The position numbers and the translations under genes were made by a program. Source: Lytechinus pictus (lineage: Eukaryota). Taken from it: a stretch of 64,000 nt of DNA. Below the pieces are notes generated by a model that ran no database searches, was not told the DNA's origin, and was given only the letters and a program-made list of their open reading frames with translations. Where the stretch lies: NCBI RefSeq assembly GCF_037042905.1, contig NC_087245.1:12402001-12466000 (forward strand), in the 5' to 3' direction. Shown here piece after piece: positions 25,801 to 40,800 of this stretch. Position 1 is the first letter of the stretch. Each line of letters begins with the position of its first letter.

Positions 25801-28800
25801 GACCCCCTGGAAAGTTTTCATAAAAAGTAAGATTTAAGATACCAATGCAAATGGTATTTAATACGCAATCTCACTGAAAACTGCCTAAGATTTGTGCATT
25901 ATAGTAAATGACCAATACAATAAGGTGTCATATACTGTGCACAACTTGGAATATCCAAGCAAATCTAAATCACACTTGTTCTTTTTGAAACACCTCTCCC
26001 AACCCCATAAAAAGTCTGGACAAAGTCGTTCGAATCAACTTGTTAGAATAACAAAATTTATATTAGTCATAACAGATTATAAACAAAAAGCAGGATTAGT
26101 CTATGAACCTCACCTTATTCATAAGAGCTTGTGCAATCTTTAATTCAAGTGACACCAATACTGTGAGAACAATGTAGATGACATGCAAATGGTAACATGA
26201 AAAGAAATGGATGGGCCCATGATAGCATGGAAAATCAGCTAGAGTTTCATGAAGCAGTTTGCAGGTGATTGTCACTGACAGATATTAGCTACCCAATTCT
26301 TTGTATTTCAGTGGCTGAGATCAAATTTGTCGCTGAAAATCAGTGTCAATGCGTGCTGCTTCATGAAGGGCTCTCCAGATGAAGATGAAATGGATAGGGT
26401 TCACCACAAGACAAAAGCAGAAAGAGTGATAGATGAGAAAAGATGATAAGAAGATTCTGAAAACTTGGTACAAACATTATTTCAATTCTATCAAACAATG
26501 GCAGTTGCTGACAAATGTTTTTTTAGGGAGATTTGGATTTTGAACCAATTATCTAAATCTGGTTAATTGATATCTTGAAATAGGTATTGATATAAACATA
26601 GTGTAATTGTATAGTGAGAATGAATCATAATCACTGAATAGTGGCTTTGACATCTGCTTTTAGTCAAATTTTGTTTATTTTGGTCACAATTTTAAGATCA
26701 GACATAGTCAATACTTTGTTTTCAAGAAATCTGACATGTCCTATAAATGTTGAAATATAAATGTCTTCTATTTTACCATGGATACAATTTTATGGAGCAT
26801 ATCCTAAAGAAACAAAAAAAGTATTACTTCTTTGAAGCAGATAGAGTGGAAATACATGTAAGGTGGTGATGAAAATTAAGAACAAAGAACTTGAAGAAGA
26901 TAGACACGTGATAAGCAATGAAGGGGAAAGAAAATATGGAGGTGAGATTTTTATGAAAGAGTTGAGTAAACATTAATTTGAAGGAACATTTCTACAGAAC
27001 AGAGATTAGTTTTCAGCATGCAAATAAATGAAACTTGGATGTGAACAGCACAGCATGCATCAAATGGGGTTTAGTTGATAGGATCATAATGTAAGGCACA
27101 TTGCAGGAAAAGTTGGAATCAAAAGCAAATTCAAACGCAAATTGAATTTCAACCAATCGAAAGAGCACATTTTGGACTTGCAGTTAATATTCTGAGATAC
27201 ACACAACTCTTTCTACAGCAGGCCGATGACACTCTCTTGGTTAACTATTTTATGTTATTTTTTAAAGCAGGGGTGGAGTTAAGGGTAATTAGATTATGAA
27301 AAGTAGAGGCATGAGAATACATCCATGCATTGATACACATTTGATTAATCCACAAAAGAAGGTAAACAAGGAAGACAACCTTACAGATACATGTATATTC
27401 ATGGAAAATAACACAGATTATAACAATGAATGGATTTCATTTTTTCACCTACATTCCATAGCATTTCCAGCCAACTGGTTCAAAGATCTTCTGATATCTG
27501 TTGCAACTTTCTGTATAAATGAAAAGAAATGATAATCTCCATTTTCAGTGTGAAAATGTTTTTTTTGCCAAACGAAAGTAAAAGGTATACATGTATATAA
27601 CAGCACAACAGATATGAAGAAATTGAGTCTTAGCAATTTTCCACTTTTTCACATCTTTTTTGTTTATATTACACATAAACAATAGATTTTATATATCTTG
27701 AAAAATAATAAATGAATATTATACTACTATTATCTTTAAAAATGAAATCTTTAATTTCATCTGGCATTGAATTGAAACTTTCACAATAAATGGATCTTCA
27801 GATTACACTAAATACAGGCTTAAATTATAGCATTATTACTTCCTTAATGACAAAAGTTTAAAAATCAAATACCTCTTCAATAATTAAATTATCCATCTGC
27901 CTTATTTCATGAGCTGTATCTAGAAGACCTGAAAAAAAGATCAATAGGAGAAAAGAATATATGCCTCCTTTAGATATGGGGTCTGTTTCTTTTTACAATT
28001 AACAATTACAAGCTTTTGGAATCTTTCAATCTGATTGGCTGCTGGTAAATTTGTTATAGAAATTGTGCATTTGTTATTATAATCAATCTGTATAAAATGA
28101 GCCCTTATGTGACAGAGCTCTGCAACTTTTTTAACAGCATTCAAATATGCTGGGACAAAGTACACTAGTGATAATGTATGTATAATTGCTTGAAGTATAA
28201 CACACACAAAAAAGTCTACAGACTTGCTGAAAAACAACCTTGTGGCTGAAAGCAGCTCTGTAGCTCTCCATATTGACATAAACAAAAGAATACCAATCTA
28301 AAAAAAAAACTTTTTAACAGTATTCCGAAGTGGTGAGACAAATTACATCACTCATATTAATAAACAAGCATTATATTCTTTTGTCTAAAAAAATGCATCA
28401 TATGCTTAACATCTAAAAAAATTTCTATAGACTAGCTGAAAAACAACTTTGTTGTTGAAAGCAAAATCTCTGCATTCAATAGATGAATATAATATCATGG
28501 TTTCAAACTGTTTAAAACCTGAGTCACAGGATTAAGAAAGCAATGTTCTACAAAATGAGCTAACACATCACCTTATTCAACTCACTTTCTTTTTCTAAGA
28601 TGACAGCGATGCTTTCTTTGAATCTATTAATAGCTCTCATCATGTGAATGCTCTCTTTATGAATGTTACCAAGTTGCATCTTAATGTCCTGCTCTTGTCT
28701 TCGCTTCTCAGCAAGAAATCTGCAAAGAAATTACATGAAAGAAAATATGAGATGAATAGTAACACAATTGATCTCTGTGTTTAGAAGAAATTCTAAGAAG

Positions 28801-31800
28801 TTTAAAATTCGACTTTTCCTCCTCAAAAGAATAACTGGATTAACCCTCCCTCTAGCAGCAATTTCCATTATTAATTTCAACCTCATTGGTTTGACTGTCT
28901 TAAGATTTGATATTGATATTCAACTTTAATCTTTCAACTGTGACACTTACCGACTCTTCTCTTTGTCCAGATAGTCTTTCAGTTTGTTAATCTCAGATTC
29001 ATAATCTCCTTTGATGCTAGTCAGACGTTGTTTGAAGTTTGTTGATGTGTCACTGGATACAGGAACCTCCTTGACCTTGGGTGCCCTTTGTGCTTCCTTG
29101 ACCTGCCTTCCGAGTTCAGAGATCTTTTGCTCCTAGTGTTTCAGAAAAAACAAGTAATTGATATGTCTAGCTCAGATTTATTACATTAATTAAGACTGTA
29201 CAATTTAGCAGAACTTGGAGGAGCATTGTCTGTATTTTGCTCTATAACAAATACATACCGGTACAACCAATGCTATAAATTTAGATAACAAGATCACGTC
29301 TATAATATACCATGCACTGAAGAGTCAGAAATTGACATTAAGAGTGGTATTTTCTTGCATTAGAAGGAAGTCTTACTGGAAGACTACAGGGTCCGTTTTA
29401 ATCTGAACTTCTCATCTGTCAAAGTATATTACCTTTCATGTTGAAAAGGTATCTTAGAGGTTTAAAGTTCATTTGACATCACAGTGTTATTGATGTGGTA
29501 CATTAATTTTAGTAAAAAATTAGGTTAGCTTTATTAAACTTAACAAAGATAAAGGAATAAAGTGGACTCATAATGGCTTACTTCGATAATCTAGGTAAAA
29601 TATCACATGATTTGTTACTGTGTTCATAATATAGTGAATTTAAAAATATATTGGACAATAAACTAATATATGTTTTGATTCATCCACAAAGAAAGTCAAG
29701 TTATGATAGAAAAATTAAATCTTTTCATCTGGACTTACTTTCATGAAAATTGAGAAGTTTCACGTCCAATCGGGGACACTTCTTCAGCTCGTAGATTTAT
29801 TTTTAGATTGGACAATACTTTTTTTTTTAATCACATGTGTAAAGTAAAGTATGTATTTCAATATATTTATCGACAATTTTGGTAAGAATAATGGAAGTAT
29901 AATTGTACCTGTTTATCTATTGTTGCTTCTTTTGAATCTAATTCAGCTTTCTGTGATGAAATCTCTCGGTGAAGATCATCTATCTATAAGAAAAAAAAAG
30001 TTTCTTCACACTTCATATTGTCAATTACAAAATCAAAGTAAAGGATGTTTACTGCATAATTTTAACAGAGCTCTCTACCTTTAGTGCTAATCAGTAATCA
30101 AATTACTTTAAATATATCTTTTGATAAAAAATCAAGCAACTTATTTATATATATGTTTTAAATATGCAATGGGCATTCATATTATACATGCATGCTACAA
30201 TGACCTTTAGTCAACTGAACTACAGTTTCAGTAAAGGGGCTGACTGACTGGGGAAGGAATGATGTACATAACTGAAATCAACCTTCATGTAATGAATATC
30301 ATGCATCTTGCAATCAAAATTCCAAATCAAGAGAGATGTTAATTACATCAGACCATCTGTCAATTATATTGTGAATTTCACCATGTTGGAATGATGGTAA
30401 ACTACACCATAATATATATCTGTCAATCATAAGTTATTGATCATATTGATCATAATTTCAAGCAAGAAATCTCAGCTCCATTGCCCACAATTAATAATGT
30501 TTAAGGAAATCTGGTATATCATTGAATAATATTTATAAAATCCATGTTAAAGTTATGAAATACATTTACACTTTCCCCAATATTAATTTCAATTTTCAAA
30601 CCACAGAAAAAAAGAAGGGATGAAATTGAAAATGGCACCTACTTCATATATCATGCTCTATATTCAAGTTCTCTTTAAAGTCAAGGACAACATTTTTATG
30701 CAGCTTAGTTTCTAGATGCTTTCAATTTTATCTAACAGATATGTAGTGAGAAAAGAAACAATGTTATCATTGCCAATTTTGAGAATATAAAGGTAGAGAG
30801 CTCTTTAAAGATAAACTCTGGCACTGGTAACAACAGAAAATAAAATCTTTGCAGAACTTAACAAAAACTTATACAGAATTATACAAAGTATAAATACATA
30901 TCATCTGCCAAAAGAATCTTCAGGAAAATGTGTAATTATTGAGTATAGCGCAGAGTAAAGCGTGAAGACCAGAAAAAATAACTTAAAAATGCCAGTCTTT
31001 TTTAAAGTATGGTCCCACATGTTGTTCCTGTGTTAAATAGCTACACCAGGGATAGCACATGATAATGAAATGAATACAATTGCAAGCAAGCCTTAATTAT
31101 TTTAATTAAAATTTGTCGTTCTAAATAAGCATTCTGGCATATGATAACACTTCAGGATTGCTTCTTACAATATCCTATTGAAATTAGATTTTTATACCAG
31201 AACTCAAGCTTTGAAACTTAGAAAACCATCTCTTCCTGAATGATTTAATATTTCTAAATGGTTGACTGATATCTTACATCTTTCTTAAGATCTTTGATCT
31301 GTGTTTTATACTGTTCTCTGAGTGATTCGGCCTGGTTCTTCCCATCCATCTTCTGATATTCAGCTAGATCAAGCTGGTGGGCATACTCTTCTTGGGTTTC
31401 TGAGATTAAATTTAAAAAAAAAAAAAAAAAATCCTCCAATAATGTAAGCATGGTATGAATTTTCAAGAAATATGATGAAAAAAAAACCCTCATTATTATT
31501 TCCACCTATTTTTATCTAATGAAGAGTTTAATCAATGTATGAAAATTGACATATCTGAGAATTAACACATTGATAATAGATGTATGACATGATATCACTT
31601 CTTTCATTTGCATATTGCCCACATTTTACAGATAAACGTTTTTAAAAAGTGATGCAATATCTTTCCATAGATTGAGTCTGATTCTGATGAAATTTTCAGT
31701 GTACGGCTTGTTTGACTATCCTCCAATTATTCAAATAATGGAATGAACTTAGCCTTCAGGATTCATTGCATACCTGAAAGTTTGGTTTTAAAATAATGAT

Positions 31801-34800
31801 AGACCTTCAGAGGTGATAAAAACATTGTACCTTGAAATAAATAAAGCAACAAAAAACAAAATACAGCCTCACATAACACTGGAAATAATGCTGTTGTTTT
31901 CTCTTTAGCATCCTGTAGTAGCTTCATTTTTTGGTATAGAGAACAAGGAATTAGACAAAAAGCCAAAACAAATAAGTACTTACGCAGAGTTTCCCGCAAT
32001 TCAGACTCCAAATTATCAACAACCGTTTCCAACTTCATTACAGTATCCTGCAATACAATCATATTTGAAAGAAGAAGTCATATGAAAGAAATTACTGGAA
32101 CAGCTCCTAATTTCTTTTATGGCCTTAATGACCTTAATATCTCCTGTCTTTAGTTTTGCTATATTCAATCCCATTCATTGTCATGATTTATGTCATGATT
32201 GATCAATGGATCGATCCATCCATCCATCTATCTATTAATTTCTACCTGTAATTAATTTGATTTAATTAATCCATTCATTTTATGCAACTAATATACATAC
32301 CTCTACCTCTTAGCATTCATTTTTTCTGTCCATGATATCATTTTCTTCTAATAAGATCTTACCGCTTCATTTTTATACTTCATTTCTAGGTCTTCGACCA
32401 TCTTCTTGTGATGATCTTCCAGATTGACAATGGCTCCTTCAAGTCCCTTACACTTGGCAATAGCAGCAACTATGATTAATACGAAACAAACACTTGAAAA
32501 GTGAACATTAACAAATCAACGCCTGACCTTGTAGAATGCGTCTTGCGTGTCATGTGATACACCTTAAATAGTTACACATAAACTAGGCCCATTTACAGAT
32601 CAAGATATCATATGTAACCCTCTCTATAAATTTGCTCCTTTGTAAGAGGCTAGCAGGAATTGTATTTAATAACAAGAACCGTTTAGAACCAATCAACTGC
32701 TCAGATTATTTACATAAAACATGAATAACGATAATAAGGAACATTTATCATTCACTATACAAAATTAATATTTCTATGTGCTGCATATTATTATACCAGG
32801 CTATAATAGCAGAGTTACCCTGATCAGGTGCTTCAACATTCAAGAAATGCATTCCTCCTGGTTACCCATAAACTACATCTGAGCGGAAAATGGTAAATTC
32901 TGCAAGGGGTACCAGAAGAAATAATAATAATAATAATATGTCCATTTATAGAGTGCAGTTACTATGTGTACTCAACTGCCCTTTGACACTTGGTATCATA
33001 TTATTACCCCGGTTGTAGCTAAGCCGCCATATTAATAGGCAGTAAAGCATTCAAGGAATAAATCCTATCAGGTAGCCATTCACCTCCCCTGGGTTGAGTG
33101 CAGCACAATGTGGATACATTTCTTGCCGAAGGAAATTACGCCATGGGATTCGAACCCACGACCCTCTGTTTCAAAGTCCAGAGACTAATCTACTGGACAA
33201 CAATGTTCCACACTGGGCCACAACACTACAAAAAGAAATCAAAGACAGGAGCAATTGTTGCAGAGGACACCATAAGTCAAAAGCAACGAAATTCAGATCC
33301 TTACCTTTCTCTTTCTCTAGATTGTTGAACTGGGCTGCATATTTTGGGGAATCCTCGCTGATTTGTGATTCAAGCTTTGTCTTGAGAGAGGATATTTCCA
33401 TCCTAGATTCGTTCAGCTTGTATTGGAGATCAACCTAAAGGCATAAAGAAAAATAAGTTGGATATTAATTTTCACAGCACTGGGAATACCACACATAAAC
33501 CACTCTTTAATGAAGTACTTATTCACCAAGTGAAGACTATTTCAATAAAAATAGTCCAAACCTAGCATTTCATAGAAGTGCTGCATAAAATTCTGGTTAC
33601 TTCTTGACCTCAGTTTAACTTAATGTGAGAATACCACCAATTACATACCATCTATTACATGTTTAATGTAAGTCAAAGTAGTGGAATTCAAGAATTCAAA
33701 GAAATTGGCCCCGACACAATTTATGTTGAGCTGGCTAAAGTGAGCCTAGTCTGCAGAATGGTCCCTAATTTGAATCTTAATATGATGTTATGTGACATGA
33801 GAGAAGCATAGCAAGACTCAAATGTATCTATCCTGGTCTATTGATATTGTGTTCTGACATTCCGGTGGCATGTTTATTCGCCAAGCTTAAAAGCAATATA
33901 ACATGCATATTACATCCATCTTTAGTAAACAACAAAAAATTTGTAGTTCACGTTTGGACCATGCAACTGAAAGGAAACATACACTATTTCAAGTGATGAT
34001 CAGAGAAGAAAGGTGATTTTCCAACAACAGACAATAACTGATGAATGACCTTCAAATGGTTTGGTCATCTGACCAAACAACATTCTCATCTAGCATGCAA
34101 TATTTACTACTATACACCAAAGATGGGCACTATAATGGTTAAATTCCCACTTACCATCTTTTCATTGTTCTTCTTTATGATATTTTCCATCTGTTCCATT
34201 CTCTGGGTCTTCTTCTTCATCTCTACTTCAAGTTTTTCATTCAACCTTGAGACATGGTTGATCTTTACCTGATAGAGATAAACAGAACCAGTTCAATAGT
34301 TTTAAAACTTTTGCTTTTTACAGAGGCAGTTTGAACTTAAGCGAGAGTAGCCTAGGTCAAATTAATTGAGAGCTACAGAGTTTCTGAGCATTAAGGTATA
34401 TTAGCACCCTATTAAATAGGTGACTTGCAAGGAAAGTTAAAAAAGGAATTTACAAGAGTTTAAGAATATCACCCCAAGCCTATTTTTGCCCTTTGTTTAT
34501 TGTTCACTTTGATGAGGAGAATAATCTTTAATAGTTTCAATTCTTTTCTTGCTACCCACTAATGAAAAACAAGAGACCGAGTTCAATCATTGTTTTAATC
34601 ATTACCAGAACAAGAATTATTTTAAGTAGATGATAATTTACCTCACATTCTAAGATTTGTTGACCAAGAAGGCTGTTTTCTTGATTTCTTCTCTCCATGG
34701 CTAACATCATGAAGTTGAACTTCTTTACAGAATTTCTCATGGCTGTGGAGAGTAATGATTGAACAAAGAAAATTTAAATTTGAAAGAATTAATTGCTATT

Positions 34801-37800
34801 TGAGCACTGCACCATCTGAATGGAACATAAGAATTTAAATATGGTATTAACATGTGGACTGTTCTAATAAACCTATTTAGATGAGGAGATATAAACAAAA
34901 CATATAACTGAAGGTGATTAACACACCCTGTCCTCTCACAATGGCCTTATTGGAGGAACATATGCTGTTACTTTGGCAACAGATTTTTAAAATGCATGTT
35001 CTGCGAGACTGCATGTGCCAAGTTGCACAAGCACTGGGTGATGACTGAGGAAGTAGTTCGCTCCATAAGATTTTCCCAAATCATTGCCATAACTTGTCAT
35101 TCAATAAGTAGAAGTTATATTTGATCCACCATTTTTCTCAGAGCACTCAGCATTAGGAATATTTTGTTTCTACAGAGATGCGATACCTGTACGATCATTG
35201 TTTGTCCTTGCCATCCTACAAGCCGCATCCAGAGAACCCTCCACGTCCTTAGCAGCACTCTTCCAATTTTCTATTTCTTTGAGAGTTTGCTCATCTGGAA
35301 GGAAAAATATTGTGTAAATATAGATTTATAGAATGAAGTGAGATAGGCATGCATGATGGTAGCAGCGGTCTGGCACGTTCCCTGGGTACTACTTTGAGGG
35401 AGCAATGAAAAATATCTATTAAAGAACCGTTAAAAACTTGAAATCCAGATTATATCATAAAGGGAAGGAGTAACCGACATCAGAAGTTGGGAGCTCTGTT
35501 TAAGCAGTTGCTGCAGATGCAAAATGGATCATAGAGTGGGGATAAAAGTTAAAGAAAGATAAAATTAAAAAAGTAGAGAGAATATAGATAAAAGTCAAAC
35601 AGGATACTAACCCGAGATAATATGTTGAGTCCGTTTTACTTTTGGTTTCAGAAGAGCAAGTTTATCAATTGGTTGACTAACATGATGACTGCTGGCTTCA
35701 CTCTCATCATCACTTACTCTGTGAGAAAGGAAAAAACCAAGAAATGTACAACATATTAAAGGATCTGAAAAACAATTTAATACAACAGTGGAATAATGTC
35801 ATCAAATGATTATCCATCGGCTGTTTTATAAGCACAATTAGCTAAATTTGAAACATGAGCTCTACATGTATATATTCATTTTTTGCATTTGAATGGGAAG
35901 TTTATCATTTGTCTAAAAAGAGTTATATGAAATTCAGTCCCACTTTGTTATATCAAGGAAAATTTGAAGCATCTTATGTGGCACAAAGATATGATCAAAT
36001 GGTCATGAAGTCACTTTACAAACAGTTCTTTGAAACAGCTCTCAAGTGAAGGCAAGTGAACATCACGAAAGAGCATGCCAATTTGAAGTCACTTCCTCTT
36101 CTAAAGAAATATACATTCATCCATATTATGAGAACACAAAGGGAAAATATTTATACATGTATGCTCTTTGTGCAAGTATGTCTTCAGTCAGTGGCGGAAC
36201 GTGACCCGGAGGAGACAAAGCATTGGAGGGGCACTGTATTGTTTGTGAACTATGCTGTGCCCCTCCAATGCTTTGTCTCCTCCGGGTCACGGTCTGCCAC
36301 TGTCTTCAGTAGTGGCTGCTTAATACCAATGTTGCTTGATTTTTATTCAATCATGACAGGAGCCTATTCTTCCACTTTGACTTGAAAACCTATAGCACAA
36401 TTTAAAAAGCTAGATGCAAAGGTTAAAAATTATAAACTTACTCCTGTGTGTGGTCCCGCATCATCTCATTTAAAAGCTCAAATATTTCTTTCCCAAGTCT
36501 CCTCAGTTTGTCATTATGACGTTTCTTGTATCTTGTTCCATCTGCCCATGTCTGACTATAAATATTCGGAAAAGAAAATTACAAGAGTAACTCTCAAAAT
36601 ATCAATTTTTTAAATGCAATTTAAAAAATGCAGCTAGATGACTTGATAACATTCAATTTGGGATGTATAAAACATAAGCAATGTACAGTCATATCATATG
36701 GTTTATGACAGTTATTTGAAGATTACACTGATAAAGTATGTCATTCAGACTTGTATTTATAAGTAAAAGTTGAATATCAGAATATTAATAAATACCATAC
36801 CAATTTATCAAATATAGGGGTCACAAATAAGATTGGATCTTCATGTAAAACTTAAGTACTTGGTTCATGCTCCCCCTTCTCCCTTCATTTTCCTAAAAGT
36901 TAAAAATTGCCCAACATTTCACCAGATATTCAGACAACTTACCTACAATCCTGATTTAGTTGAATCATGTCGTTCTCTCTATCTTTTAAAGTTTCTTCTG
37001 TGACCAAATTGTTTTCCTATAGGTTTGATAATGATCAATAGTGTGAACATTTCAATCTCTTACTTTTATTTGCAAATAGGAGAATAATCTCATAGTCTCT
37101 TTTCTTCAAAAATATGTCCAGGCATTTCCATGACCATCAAAATAATGAATTATGATAAAAACAATTACTTAAAACAAATACACTTGTAATCAACAAATAT
37201 TTCACAAAGAAAGTAAAATGGAGGGGTAAAATTAGAGGTACAATGTGATTAGAAAAACAAATATTTACAGCATGAAAATAAAATAAAAATTTTAAAGTTT
37301 ACACAGCCTTTGATATTTGAATTTATAATAATAAACATCAAATATCTACTTCACCGCAGAGTAAGAGATTACCGGTGTACTGTTTTTTAAATTCAATATC
37401 CTTTCTGTAGTCATGTCATATTTTCCTTTCCCCACCTGTGTTAAATGAATACCTGGTAGTAGTATATGCAAATGTCAATGTGATAAAATATTGGCATGTG
37501 TGTGTTGATTAAATACATGTAGCATGTGGCTGGTATGCCCTTAGGGGAGTATAAACAAAGATGGTGCACTTTGTATGCAGAAAAGTGGATCTCATGACCA
37601 GGGTAATGAGAAGTTATTTACTAAAAGCGCTTAGAAACCCACTTCTAAGCACTATAAAAGTCTATATTATGATTACACAATAGGAGTACTAAGCAGCATT
37701 GCAATTCACTTACCAATGTAGTTTGAACATCAAAAAGCCAATCGTTTACTTCTTCCATGTTCTGAAACAAAAAAAATATGTATATAAATATACAAAACAA

Positions 37801-40800
37801 TTATTTACTTTTCTCTCTTTTTTTTTTTTTTTGGGGGGGGCTGCATAATTACTAATCATAAGCCTATCAAGAGCAAACTTTACCTCATTCAGTTGGCAAA
37901 TGCACAACTAAACCAAGTGATGTTCATTTATGGATATCCAAACAGAAGCAATCTTTACAATGCATTTTTCATTATTTCTTTCAAAAAGAAAATATATTTG
38001 ACTCATTATTTAACTACAATCAATCTAGACTGCACTTTTATAGAATTCCATGTTTTACCTTCATTTTTAAAAATTCAAACAAAACAAAATCATGTAATAC
38101 TAGTAGCATTTTTCCCCATCTAATTACAAAATTCTTCTCCACTCATTTCATGGCAGAATTAAAATAATACGTATTTTTTGAATGAATTAAAAATATGAAC
38201 TCTGTGTTAAGCTCTTCTACGTTAGCCTTGGATGAACTTGATGAGAAAAGAACACCATAAAGCAGGTTTGAAACAATTTTTCAAAGTCCTTCTTTCAAGA
38301 TCCTAAGACCTATGTGTACAAAGCCAACCTCTTTCACCTTTAAAACTTGTGAACCAACTTACCCTTTCGCATGTAATGCATTTCTGTCCAAACTCATGAA
38401 TTGTATCCAGAATTCTCTGCTTATTCAGCTTCTAAAAAACATACAAGAAAACAAGAACTGGTAAAGAAATATATATCACAAAGTATGATATAGAAAGTAA
38501 TAACTCATTTACTACCAAAATTCGAAATGGTGCAAAGATCTCCGGGGGGGGGCCACTTACATTGACGAGTGAATACCATGCCCGACCAAAAAAACACGTA
38601 AAAAGGGTGTCTTTTTCAAGATAGGGCACGTTACGTACGTAACGTAATAAGGGTGTCAAAAACACTAAAATAATGGAAAAAAGGGTATCTATTTTCACTA
38701 GGAAATCTACGTGTTTAGGGTAAAATATGCGAGGGTATAAAAAATTAAGACTAAAATGTTTTATAAAGAATATGCTATTTTCCCCAAGAGGCAACACTAC
38801 GTGTTTAGAGTACGATTTGCGCAAGGTGTAGGAGGTGGGGCTGTACTAATCCCAATCATGATGTAGGTAAAAGGTAAAACCAACGTCCGTGACATAACAA
38901 TTGAAATATCGCTGTACTTGTTTAGGGGTTCAATTCAGAGAATACTTGCCAATAGTATCGTTTTGTTTCCAATACTTGTTAAGGGTGGGGTTTCACACGC
39001 CAATACTTGTTAAGGGGTGCATTTTCAAAATGAGCATGATCGGTTAAGGGTTAGCATTGAGGTGAATTTTTTTTTTAGATATTTCTATCAAAATTGCTTT
39101 TAAGATAATCTTTGATATCTCAGGTTTCAAAGAACTCAGTTTCATGAAGATTGATAAATCCGAAAGTACTGGAATAGACCATTTTATTCGTAGGGGTGCT
39201 ATTACCTCTCATCACGGATGGACATTTTTACTCAAATTAAATTCTCTCTAGTTTTATTGTTTTTAAAGTTATTCTAATTTGGTTTGGATGTTCTTGCATT
39301 CTGAACATTAATCTATTATCAAACATAAATTAGTAGAAAAAAAATATTGGGAAGTAATTTTTTTTGGTAGGTGTGAACATTTCCATTTTGAAATTTCCGT
39401 CCGTGATGAAAAAAAATATAAAAAGTTTTTTTATTTTTTATCAGAATAGAAATAAAAAATAAAAAGGTGTAGAGGTATCTCACTAAACACTGTACATCAT
39501 TTAATTTGAACATAGCTGAAATCCATACATTTTATCCATATCATAAACTCAATCAAAAATGATCACGGACGGACATTAATTTCATCACGGACGGACAATG
39601 TAAATTCACTCAAATTCAATTCACTCTAGTTTTATTGTTTTCAAAGCTACTCCAATTTGGTTTGGATTTTCTTGTACTCTAAACATTAATCTATCATCAA
39701 ACATAAATTAGTAGACAAAATATGGGAAGTAAATTTTTCTGGTAGATGTTAACATTCCATTTTGAAATTTCCATCCGTGATGAAATTAATGGCCGTCCGT
39801 GATCATTTTTATTGAGTTTATGATATGGATAATATGTATGGATTCAGCTTTTTATTCTTTATCAGAATAGAAACAAAAATAAAAGTGTGCAGAAGCATCT
39901 CACTAGACACTGTACATCATTTCATTTGAATATAGCTAAAATCCATACATTTTATCCATATCATAAATCAATCAAAATAATCGCAGACGGACATTAATTT
40001 CATCACGGACAGACAATGAGCAAATACTGAGCAGATTATGAATTTAATTTTAGTTCCAATTTGCAGTGAAAAATGGTACTGAGAATTATTCAGAACTCAA
40101 ATGGATGGAAACCTACAACTCTTCACATTTTTTTGTGAAATCTTTCTTTGGCTGTTATTGGGGCTTAATTGTTGTCAGGAATTTTTTTTTAAACATAATT
40201 GGAATGCAGATAGAGTTGGAAGCTACATGTATACCAAAAAGCAGGAAATGAAATAGAGCAAGAATAAGTCAAAAGCTGTATATTTCATCAATTGAAGCTT
40301 GCAGAAAGTGATGGAAAAGAAGAAAATAGAATGCATATTCTGATAAGCAGGAAAAAAAAATCATTTTTTCCATGTGCAAACCTATGGATTCACAATGCTT
40401 CTAACAGAACATGACATCACGTCCTTGAGGCTTGTGAAAAGTACAAGAATTCCTTTTTTTAAAGTCCATTTTGGAGCTAATTTTGAGCAAATTGCTGATC
40501 TGGTAATCTGAAAATGCATACAATTCATAAAAAAAATTTGCACTGCAGTGTTTATAAGTTTAATTGGTATCTGATTTCAATTTTGGATTTGGTCAGTGCC
40601 TAAATACATGAGGGCTGTTGATATGAAGGTGTGTCTCCACTTTAATATGGACAAAAGATGAATTTGAAGAGAGCCTGGACAAGTGTTGTGGTCATACTTG
40701 ATCCACCAAACAAGCATAATGATCAGCAACCTGTGAATCTTTTGGATTTACTTAATGGACATTAAAAAAAAATATGTGCTCTTCGAAAATTAATGCCTAA

